A stretch of DNA of 64,000 nt, from positions 1 to 64,000 of the forward strand of contig NMRA01000903.1 of the NCBI GenBank assembly GCA_002633005.1. Reading direction: 5' to 3'. Each line of letters opens with the position of its first letter. Positions within the stretch are counted from its first letter, which is position 1. The position numbers were made by a program, and so were the translations under genes. Positions 26,001-35,270 of the stretch are shown here, one piece after another. The notes beneath the pieces are model-generated. The model saw only the letters and a list, made by a program, of their open reading frames with translations, ran no database searches and was not told the DNA's origin. The stretch is from Phoronis australis. Taxonomy: Eukaryota; Animalia; Phoronida.

Positions 26001-29000
26001 TCGCTGCCCAAAGCCGACATTGTGAGTCAGGATCCTCATTTGTTTTCTTCGCCTTGTGTGAATTTGTAACATGTCGACAAAAATCACCAGGTGTTGAAGT
26101 CATGGTACCACCCACGCTGAGTGATGCCGTTTTCCGTGTAGTTACTGGACCGGTCGAAGACTGCATTCGCAGGTTGGCCGGAGTACTGTGTGGTACTGCA
26201 AGACAAAACAACATTTTGCAATATTCTACAATTATTTTTCCGTAAGGTATCGCCTGACAATAAAGTTGAAACTGTAGCACCCCGTCGCATCGCAATAAGA
26301 AGTAGAAGTAGTATGACTCGTGTGCTCACCCAGTCAAAAATATAGGGCTCCTCGAATTTTTCGGTGTGCGGACCTGTTACTGAAGGAAATCAACGAGGAT
26401 TAAAAAAACGGGGCCACTAGGTTCAGGCCTACAAGTTGTGCATCTGCGCCGAATTCCTGTGGACTTCGTGGACTTAAATCTCGTTTACTCGAATTTTTTG
26501 TTTCACTGAGGTGGACCTTTTTGTCCAATTCGCCCCCCCCCCGGGTACGCCCATGTGACTGTCCAAACATTTCGTATTTCGACGAGAATGTTAGTTCATC
26601 ACAGTATAAGTTAATTTATGCAGCTGACTATTTGACGCCATATTGGAAAGTGCTTCTAGGCACGTGGCACGATCACTCGCCGCGCAAAACAAACGGGGCA
26701 AATTGTCGTTTTTTAAGTGCATTATCTAATAGAGACGGAAAAATTCGATTTTTTTCAGAAACATAGAAAACGTGTGTTTTATCACTTACATGCGTTTTTG
26801 AGTGTTAATCAGTCGAAATGGAAAATACCAAACCAACAGCAGATCGAAACCAGTGACAGACGCCAGAGTGGCCTGAACGGCTGCGGGCGATTTCGCGTTT
26901 TCAGGAAAAAACAGAAAGATCGTGCACACTTATCACAGTATACAGTATATCCGGGAGTATACAGGGACGCGCCGCTCACTCGGGTGGTACGTACTTTGGC
27001 CTCACGTATACGCAAAGAATCACAAAACAAAAACTCGTAAGCAAGGAGTGCAAATCTATAGAATTTCCATTATCAAATTTTACATAGTACAGATTGTGGC
27101 CTAGTTTGGTACAAAATAAACATACCTGACTTTGGAATTCGTATTAAGGAATGAGTTTTTAAAGCAATAAATGTAGTTCAATCAATCACGCAGTAGTCAC
27201 ACAGATGTACTTATTTGGATGATTGTCGGGTAAGTTTGGGTATGCATAAATGTATGTTGTTACAAATTTACAGAATTTCTAGAGTCAATTTCATATAAAA
27301 GTACAGATTGTTGCTAGACTATATGACTAAGTTACTCAAAGGTTGGACCAGAAAACTCAGCTCTTTGGCTGCACTGCATAAACTCGGAGGTCCAGGAGGT
27401 CCACTAGCTTTTTACATTCGGTTACATACTTTAAGCGTTACAGGCCACGTGTTGTTTCAACCCCTTGATCAAATGTTACTTTTATCAAAAAGCAATTGAA
27501 TTGCAGACGTGCAAAGCGATCAGTGTGTACCTTAAACAAGAGCAACGCAGAGCGATGAAATGCGCCCACAATTGCACCGCATACGGTATCCTTCTAGGGT
27601 TGTTTATTGGTACCATAAAGTGGCCAGTAGAGGGCATATATGTAGTATGTTGTACTTTGCAAAATGGAAAGGCATGGTCCTTGTCTCCTCAATAGGCTAG
27701 GGGCAAAATGTGAGTAATCTTCATAATACAAGCACATCCTATACACCAGTTGCTTAAAGCACCACAGAAACATAGAATTAAAAACAAATTTACCAACATA
27801 CGAGATTAGCACAGCATTAGAATGCCAGAAACAAATTTCTACTTGNAGTAAGCATATACATGCCAATTTTCACAATCATCCTTTGAGCGGTTTGGTTGAT
27901 AGAGGGGTGGACGCACAAAAACAGACTCGAAAACACTAAAAATGGCCACTAGGTGGTGCAAACTATGTCGAATCCATCTGAAAACGGCAGGATAGCGTCA
28001 TCTCACTACTAGGTGCCTACATACCAAATTTCATGAAAATCCGTTCAGGACTTTTGAAGATACAAAGGTAAGCGTAAAAAAATAAAATTGCCACTAGGGG
28101 GCACACCGGTAGTCGGATCCGTCCGAAAGTTCGCACATGCCGTCCCATTCATGAATGGAACTAAGGTGCCAAATTTCATGAACGAATGTCAAAGGGTTTT
28201 GGAGATAGAGCAGCGGACGCCGGACGCCGGACGGACGCCGCCCGGACGGACGGACGGACGGACGGACGGACGGACAGAGATGACGGCATAATGCGTCCAC
28301 ATATAAATATGTGGGCGCATAAATATAGGTATGGGTCTATTGACCCACAGCCACAGGGCTCCATGACCTCATATCTATGATCACTACGTTTTTTATGATT
28401 AAAAACCTTTTGCACTAAAATGCGCACTTACTTGTGGAAAGTGATGCATTGTACAAGTACACAACTTGACTGGTTTACGTACAGTGTAGTTGTACCAGTT
28501 GTAGGCATAACACTGAGAGCCCACGTATATCCGTAGGGCTGTCAGTGTTTTAACCCATTTTTGTCCATGGTCACATTTTCCAATATGGCGCTATATTGAC
28601 AACACAATTTCCATGTATCCGCGCCCGGTCTAGGTGGTGTCTATGGTCTTAACCACAGTTATTTTCCTAATGTAGTAAGGACCAAGACCTCATTATTTTC
28701 ATTTCTAGAAGCCTACTTGTATACTAAATATCTGCCATAGTTCTGTAAATAGTGTAAAAAGAAATATTCTCCAAATCACGATGCGTTGTTTGTTAGTCCA
28801 TTACAGTTTCTCATGAACGCATTGTTTTTCATCACAGGCCTTTTTTGAACTAACCCAAACACATTTTGCTTCACCAATATTTGGCTTAAAACAAGAAAAT
28901 TTTGCAAATTGGTTAATAAGGTTTAAAGACAATTTCAAAGATAACCCTGAGGCGTCCAATATCAAAAATGTGTGTTCAGCGTACTGTGCAAGTTTAAACA

Positions 29001-32000
29001 CAGAAGTATCAAACTTGACACCGGCGTTGCCGCCATCTTGTCCAATAAGATTACATAAAATTTCTACACACAATACAAAAAGTAAGGAGAAACGGGGACA
29101 CCTTGACGACAGTCTCTCCAAACTTAAAAAATACTGCTAATAAAAAAAACCTCAGAGAAAACACAAATGCAGGATTTGTTTTAGAGAGCTTTTACTGTGC
29201 TGATGAACCTTGAGGAAAAATACGGTAGTGCTTGAAATATAACAAATAACATGAAACCGAGTCGAACGGTTTTTCAAAATCGATCATTATGAGGAGTCAA
29301 TGAATCCAAGACGTGACTTAGAATCAATAAGCTGGAGTACATCACACGCAATTCTAATGTTTCCCCTTATGTATCTACCTTTCAAAAACTGTTGCTGTTG
29401 CTGTTTCTCATGAATTATGGGTTGTAAGAACACTTTTGAGGTGTCTTGCAATACACCCGGACAGCATCTTTTAAGGTATATTCAAAAGCATCGTTCCTGA
29501 TGTATTTATTTGGCTTCTTTTCGTGTGGTAATAACAGCATTGTTAGAGTCAATTAAATATGGAAAAACAAGTTGGCGACTTTTTCTAGTCGAAAACCAGC
29601 AACATTTAGAATTACCTCCAGGTTTCCTTTTGTGGTTTGCAGCAACCTCTATAAATGAATACGTATGGAATTTATGTAAATGTACCTTCGCTTTTGCAAA
29701 ATCCACATGATTTTGCGCATCGTTTCTTGATCTCCCAATCAACACAGAGTCCACTTCTCGCAGTTTGGTCACAGAATGCGTCAAGCTCATAGTTGGAACC
29801 TTAATCGGAAATCGAAAATATTCTGTAATCAAACGGTGTTTCGTATACATGTATATAGTCGCCCTGGCGCATATACATGTATCTTATGTGTCGATGATGA
29901 CGAAACAGTAGTTGCGCTTGGCATAAGTTGTCGCCAGTGCGAAAATATGCGTCCAGTGCGGCAATAGGTGTCACGTGGGTAGCTACATGTAATAGGCTAC
30001 CACAGAACTACCAGATGGTCTTACCGAATAAAGGTCCCACTTTAAATGGCTTGGATACTTGTCCAAATTTGAAAACAGAGAACCGCTCCGAAAGACATGA
30101 TACTCAGGAGTGGTTTTCAAAAGTCATGTGCTTCGCTAATGATGCAAAGAAACGTAATAAAAAAAAAATAAAATTTTTAGGAAAATATCTTGCTGAACGC
30201 AACCTCGTTCACCGGCATTGGATTACTTGGAGGAAAAGGTCTCAAGTGACGTTCCCGGCCGCATAGCGTTGATACACGACACTTGTCATGCATTTGCAGC
30301 GGGAAGATTTTCAGAAAAGTGAATAATATCCAGGCAAAATTCAACTTTCCCACTTTAGCTATCTATCACCCCAAAAACGTGTCGGACATTTTGATAGGTT
30401 GCGCTACTCACGCCCTTAGCATAAGCCGAGAACAGATATTTAACTTTCACTCGGGTGAATTAGCATGATTATTGCTTCAAATAAATGCATTTCGATGTGC
30501 GGCACTCAATAATTTCTTTGAGCCATTTTCCTCAACTTTATCAAAAATGATGAGTGTTGGTTTGGCTGCCTGGGCATAGGTTGCAAAATATTAAGTTTTA
30601 TGTTCCACGTGATGACTACTAAGGTCATCTGCTTGATTTTTTATTTTTTTCTGAGTTAGAGGTTGCCACTTGATGATCCCTTTAACCATTTATTTCTCTT
30701 TATGGCTTGTCGACAACCACATTTCACCTAATTTCCGTAATCTGAACTTTTGTTATTCTCAATGCACTGTAGTAATGGTTTAAGAATGGTGGCTTTGGAG
30801 TAAAACCTGCCAATTTTGTGTTTATTTTCATATAGCCGACTAAACTTCAGATAGTTGTAAAGAACTGAAAATTCTTTTTGCAACCAGGCTCAACATACTT
30901 CGTGCAAAGTTTCCCAAGTCTTTGGCCCAATATAATGTTCATGTTTTCATTTTTTGAGCATCGTGAGGAACAGGTTTTTAAGACTAGAAACACCTAGCTT
31001 TTCAAGTCCCATATCAACAAAAACTGTTGAGAAAAACCCATGTTCCACTAGTGCCACCTGGGTTAGTTTACATTACTTATCCACACGACCGGAAGAAGCG
31101 TTATAACAGCAATGAGCGGTTTCACCGTGTAACTGACGCCCCAAACTAGGAAGCAATAATGTTCCATCGATACAAGACCTGACTGGGTCTGAATTTCTCG
31201 TATATACCGCTTATTTAAAGAGCGCAATGATCTACGGTAACAAACTGTCATATTCCTGGCAAGATCAAACCGGCCTCCCGTTCAGTAACGCTAGGACCTC
31301 GCTAAAAAGCAAGACTTTGCGAGATTACGTGAGATATTGCCGTGCATTTCAAATGAAAAAACGTGACTTTGACTAGGTTTTAGCTAGGTCCTAGTGTAGG
31401 TCCTAGCGTCTACTGACTGCACGCCGGATTTGTGGTTGCACTACAAGTAATTCGCTTAAATGAACCCAGTACTACAAGGTGTGACATTATCACGTACATT
31501 TTTCACATTTTCCACAAGTTCTCATACAGTTGGTTATCACCCACTGACTCGTGGCGCACTCGCCTGCATCGAGATAACTTTGACATCTGTCGGAACCATT
31601 CGTTGACGAATCCAACTTGTCGTTGCAGAACCTGAAATACGATTAGTTCCGAGTTTTGGCGATATTAAAACAGAAAGTCTAAGGCCATTGTCCATGAACT
31701 GAAATAATACATATTATGCATGTAAGTAGTATAGTGTGGAGCTTTTAAACGTTTGGGGGACTTCAGCAAACAATGACTTGACGTCTCACTTTTGAGATGG
31801 ACAGGAAGTTTTAAACTTGCCAAATGTCCAATTATTTATTTTGTCCACCATTGCACCACATCATCAATAAATCTCGCTTTTTGTCACACGTCGACAAAGA
31901 CGTGCAAATTAACTTTGTCTCCCTGCTAGGAATGTTTATGCTCAGAAGCACACTTTCTAAAGCTAAATAGCAACCATAAAATGTCAGTTAATATAAATAT

Positions 32001-32079
32001 GGAGCACTTCTTCTTCAAGAGTTAACTGTTATAAAATGTTATCATTTCTTTAATTACATTTACATCACAACAACAACAT

Positions 32080-32125
<46 letters not shown>

Positions 32126-32650
32126 GAAGCAACAACAATGAAGGCAAAGCTCACTGGAAACAGTCGGTCATCACTTCACATCAGAAGCAAGCAGGCGGCT
32201 ATGCAACTTCGGATATGTTTCATCAGCTTTGTGACTCATGATGTACGTATTGGGGAATCAACAGAGTGTACGCGACATATAAACTACCTCTATATTGTTG
32301 AGTTTTGATGAACATACCTAACTCTATTCAGAAAGTTCTTGGAACTATACAGACAGATCAGAACATCCATTTAAACGTTGGCGATCATTGGGAATCGAGA
32401 TGATGGCCCTTAATGTGTACGATTTCGCGGCAGCGTTGATTTAAATACTGAACAAAATACCTGCAAACATGTTCAATACATTTAAAAACAAACCTTGTCT
32501 TCCAGCTTTGAAGGGTTTGTTCGTACTTGCGTTGATCGCAAAACCCACAGGTTTTCTTACAAGATTTCACCATCGCAGCAGGGTCACGTTCACAAAAACC
32601 AGTCATTTTATTCGATAAGCAGACAACCGAAGAATCTAGGCAGTCTTTGC
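16890..32650 (-). CDS. Multi-exon ShKT (ShK toxin-like) domain protein, 8 domains, at least 444 aa, 5' end not located
   Basis: Nine GT-AG exons with compatible phases: 32650-32527, 31631-31498, 26195-25938, 24353-24231, 21966-21739, 20019-19882, 19547-19470, 18685-18578, 17032-16890. Eight carry a six-Cys pattern ending Cxx(T/S)Cx(1-2)C. It could instead be two or more adjacent paralogous genes. Confidence 0.7.
18297..18525. mobile_element. MITE-like element with imperfect terminal inverted repeats (possibly PIF/Harbinger type)
   Basis: Left end GGTGTATATTTCATGAAAATGG; right end CCACTTTTATGAAACGCACC. Confidence 0.4.
18578..18685 (-). CDS. ShKT exon 8 (absent from the ORF track)
   Basis: ttgcag|GT, then CCDKTSDCKVLADVSCFTSQIIRERCPKSCGLCTQ, then A|GTAAGT. 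108 bp, phase 1-1. Confidence 0.88.
19470..19547 (-). CDS. Linker exon 7 with two cysteines
   Basis: ttttcccag|CA, then NTVKKVLKNPVVCEGGTCYVKKWIE, then A|GTAAGC. 78 bp, phase 1-1, open. Confidence 0.6.
19882..20019 (-). CDS. ShKT exon 6 (absent from the ORF track)
   Basis: taaag|GT, then (C)FDVDKKDCLHKASVGSCESSSAWHDWMTKYCAKTCGICRASVSGA, then G|GTACTG. The first Cys codon is split T|GT across the intron. Confidence 0.85.
20025..21336 (+). mobile_element. Non-autonomous Kolobok-like DNA transposon with ~310 bp inverted repeats
   Basis: The ends AGGCGAAGGCAACC... and ...GATTGCCTTTGCCT are flanked by TTTA and TTAA. The inverted repeats span 20025-~20336 and ~21024-21336. Inside are a THAP ORF and a frameshifted KFIV...LELFRRCHMC segment. 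A TTAA target, RR termini and a THAP domain are Kolobok hallmarks. Confidence 0.8.
20289..20990 (+). pseudogene. THAP-domain transposase N-terminus, truncated and frameshifted
   Basis: MPRCCCVPGCTN..YRFPKD...W...SGKHF...RLKKGCIPSL. The third zinc-ligand Cys is replaced by Ser (AGT), and no DDE core follows. Confidence 0.85.
21739..21966 (-). CDS. ShKT exon 5 (linker plus domain)
   Basis: gtttcag|AA ...RMQTNP...CFHVTNLQTSNDANDPDRKCKQWAAEGQCANSFMKKYCLKTCTCDT, then T|GTAAGT. 228 bp. Confidence 0.85.
23477..23599 (-). CDS. Duplicate, probably allelic, copy of ShKT exon 4
   Basis: Same exon with one K->R change (VKRW) and two synonymous changes. It lies in the N-joined duplication. Confidence 0.7.
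24231..24353 (-). CDS. ShKT exon 4 (second copy at 23477-23599)
   Basis: atttcag|GT, then (C)FDTNEQKCRQQAVKGSCFAQADSVKKWMTKHCAKTCHFCE, then G|GTTTGT. 123 bp. Confidence 0.85.
25326..25624. mobile_element. hAT-like MITE; related ends at ~3373-3385, ~3727-3780 and ~26530-26555
   Basis: CAGGGGCGGATCCAGG...GGGGCATGGCCCCCTTGCCCCCCCTAAATCCGCC, with G/C-run subterminal motifs. No clear target-site duplication. Confidence 0.55.
25938..26195 (-). CDS. ShKT exon 3 (Ser/Thr-rich linker plus domain)
   Basis: tcttgcag|TA ...RMQSSTGP...CRHVTNSHKAKKTNEDPDSQCRLWAANGYCNGGYVKSSCRKTCECDK, then T|GTAAAC. 258 bp. Confidence 0.85.
27847..28323 (+). mobile_element. Helentron-associated (DINE-1/HINE-like) non-autonomous element
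   Basis: Tandem ~145 bp cores (GCCACTAGG...CCAAATTTCATGAA), then a (GGAC)n microsatellite at ~28245-28277, then the 3' hairpin ATGCGTCCACATAT-AA-ATATGTGGGCGCAT followed by AAA. Confidence 0.7.
30480..30686. mobile_element. Probable orphan Kolobok-type terminus
   Basis: Ends TTGATGATCCCT|TTAA, a YY terminus plus TTAA. No partner end was found. Confidence 0.35.
31498..31631 (-). CDS. ShKT exon 2 (absent from the ORF track)
   Basis: tatttcag|G, then FCNDKLDSSTNGSDRCQSYLDAGECATSQWVITNCMRTCGKCEK, then T|GTACGT. Phase 2-1. Confidence 0.85.
32067..32138 (+). repeat. (CAA)n microsatellite
   Basis: About 20 imperfect CAA units; a shorter copy follows N33207. Confidence 0.95.
32527..32650 (-). CDS. 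ShKT exon 1 of the recovered chain (second copy at 33629-33752)
   Basis: tttctgatgtag|GC, then KDCLDSSVVCLSNKMTGFCERDPAAMVKSCKKTCGFCDQR, then AA|GTACGA (phase 2, matching the next exon). Confidence 0.8.
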
Positions 32651-33628
32651 CTACATCAGAAAGGTGCTATTGTAAGACGTCATTATCGCTATGGTAACCG
32701 TCGTCGTCGACGACGTCATCATCATCTGCTGCAACAGTTCGATCACTACAGCTTATTAAAGAGGCATGGAACACGAAAACTCACCACATAGCTTTAAAGG
32801 TAAATGTGAACCTTGTTTACCATGTTGTACTTTTGTTGAAATATCTTAAATTTTGTTAGCTCTAACCCCGACAAAGTATAAATTTTCTGACAAGTGAAAG
32901 AATTTTCTAACAAAATTTACTACTCTACTTTACTTGTCCTTACTTTTTCACGAGACATGTGTTTTTGGTGAAACAAGTTTGACAGCCATTTTACAACTAT
33001 TGTTCCTCCAATCATATTACCTTTTTGACAACACATTGATAACGATATTTTTGAGGCAACCGACTCTTACATATTTAAAATAATTCTTTGTTGTGTGCAG
33101 TAAGCTACAACCACAGTTTCACGACAGAGACAAAGATGCAAGGGTGGTAAACCAACATCCATTTCGATTGTAGCCGTAGGTGTCCACGGAAAGCAGAAGC
33201 AAGGTANCAACAACAACAACAACAACAGAAGCAACAACAATGAAGGCAAAGCTCACTGGAAACAGTCGGTCATCACTTCATAGCAGAAGCAAGCAGACGG
33301 CTATGCAACTTCGGATATGTTTCATCAGCTTTGTGACCCATGATGTACGTATTGGGGAATCAACAGAGTGTACGCGACATATAAACTACCTCTATATTGT
33401 TGAGTTTTGATGAACATACCTAACTCTATTCAGAAAATTCTTGGAACTATACAGACAGATCGGAACATCCATTCAAACGTTGGCGATCATTGGGAATCGA
33501 GATGATGGCCCTTAATGTGTACGATTTCGCGGCAGCGTTGATTTAAATACTGAACAAAATACCTGCAAACATGTTCAATACTTTTAAAAACAAACCTTGT
33601 CTTCCAGCTTTGAAGGGTTTGTTCGTAC

Positions 33629-33752
33629 TTGCGTTGATCGCAAAACCCACAGGTTTTCTTACAAGATTTCACCATCGCAGCAGGATCACGTTCACAAAAA
33701 CCAGTCATTTTATTCGATAAGCAGACAACCGAAGAATCTAGGCAGTCTTTGC
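33629..33752 (-). CDS. Duplicate, probably allelic, copy of ShKT exon 1
   Basis: Same peptide with a synonymous GAC/GAT change. It lies in the N-joined duplication at offset 1102 bp. Confidence 0.7.
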
Positions 33753-34499
33753 CTACATCAGAAAGGTGCTATTGTAAGACGTCATTATCGCTATCGTAAC
33801 CGCCGTCGTCGACGACGTCATCATCATCTGCTGCAACAGCTCGATCACTACAGCTTATTAAAGAGGCATGGAACACGAAAACTCACCACATAGTTTTAAA
33901 GGTAAATGTGAACCTCGTTTACCATGTTGTACTTTTGTTGAAATATCTTAAATTTTGTTAGCTCTAACCCCGACAAAGTATAAATTTTCTGACAAGTGAA
34001 AGAATTTTCTAACAAAAGCTACTACTCTACTTTACTTGTCCTTACTTTTTCACGAGACATGTGTTTTTGGTGAAACAAGTTTGACAGCCATTTTACAACT
34101 ATTGTTCCTCCAATCATATTACCTTTTTGACAACACATTGATAACGATATTTTTGAGGCAACCGACTCTTACATATTTAAAATAATTCTTTGTTGTGTGC
34201 AGTAAGCTACAACCACAGTTTCACGACAGAGACAAAGATGCAAGGGTGGTAAACCAACATCCATTTCGATTGTAGCCGTAGGTGTCCACGGAAAGCAGAA
34301 GCAAGGTAGAATGGTGTATTTGTGTCATTTTAGTTCTAACATTTCTCTGTTCAAGAGATGTTATCCATGCTGATGCCACGTAAGCTAACATCGGTCTGAT
34401 AACGCCAATGTAGATCCAGAAACATCTTAGGGGAGAGTGCTCACCACTCGGTTACACCTTACCAGAGCCGACTTGGCCATGGTTATCTTGCCCATCACG

Positions 34500-35270
34500 T
34501 GAAGTGTCCAACGAAGGCGATGGTGGAGAGTAACACCTGGTCTAAGACTGGCTTTCTAAAGATTAGTTAGGATTTGGAAAAGCTCAATTTCTGCTTCCTG
34601 TACCACATTAGGGAAGAACTTGCCCGGGGACCTTCCACGGTTAAAAAGACATGGGGGCAATTTCAACGAGATGAGTAGTGCCCATCTCATCAATACGCAT
34701 TTCATGTTCTTGCCCGTCACGTACTACAGCTCCAGTTTCATGACCAGGAATCACACTACCGGGATAGCATTTATCCAACATGGCCCTGAGAGTTACGCCA
34801 GGCGAACTGGTGTCTTTTCGTTGGACAGTCTCCAACTGAGCAGTCTTGCCTTCTTCAAAATTTGAACAAGTTTTGCCCTTGCTGACAAACGTGACGATTG
34901 CTGGCAAAATTTCTTCACGCGGTCCTTTTTTGTCCTTCGTGTAGCAGACTTAAAGGTTCTATTTGCATGACAGTAGGCGTTACGGAGTTTGCACGATTGG
35001 CAATCCGATGAGCTTTTCTTGCCTTGTTCTAAGGTATTCAAGTTCTTTGGCCCACAGCCGCTTATTTAATACCATGGAATGATTCCGATTAACTCGTTAT
35101 CATCCTGAATTTCAAGGCAAACAGGACTAAGAGGGAAAGACAGGCACTGTTGGCATTCGAACCAAGCTTAGGGGATGGTAAGGTGTGTTTGATTGTATCT
35201 CTACCTTTTGACCTGTCCGTCATGGGTGGCCCTTCTGGAAGTATAAGGCTCACGCCAGTATAGATGTAGA
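34500..35270 (-). mobile_element. Highly decayed, internally deleted RTE-like retroposon
   Basis: The 5' UTR-like AGGGCCACCCATGACGGACAGGTCAAAAGG and the fragments AYCHANRTFKSATRRTKKDR and RGRSPGKFF resemble RTE ORF segments. No intact RT motif. Confidence 0.4.

Larger units (their letters stand above)
32105..34308. repeat. ~1.1 kb direct duplication joined at N33207
   Basis: Offset 1102 bp, near-identical, with an N at the junction. Confidence 0.85.

Noticed and set aside
26240-26329. Hydrophobic VILLLLLIAM stretch upstream of ShKT exon 3 as a signal-peptide exon
   Set aside because: It starts at GTG rather than ATG and has no convincing phase-1 donor. Not supportable without transcripts.
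28088-28427. ORFs with GRTD/PSVR repeats
   Set aside because: They are translations of the (GGAC)n microsatellite.
33067-33249. Poly-Leu ORF resembling a signal peptide for the ShKT gene
   Set aside because: It is the antisense reading of the (CAA)n microsatellite, crosses an N join and has no ATG start.
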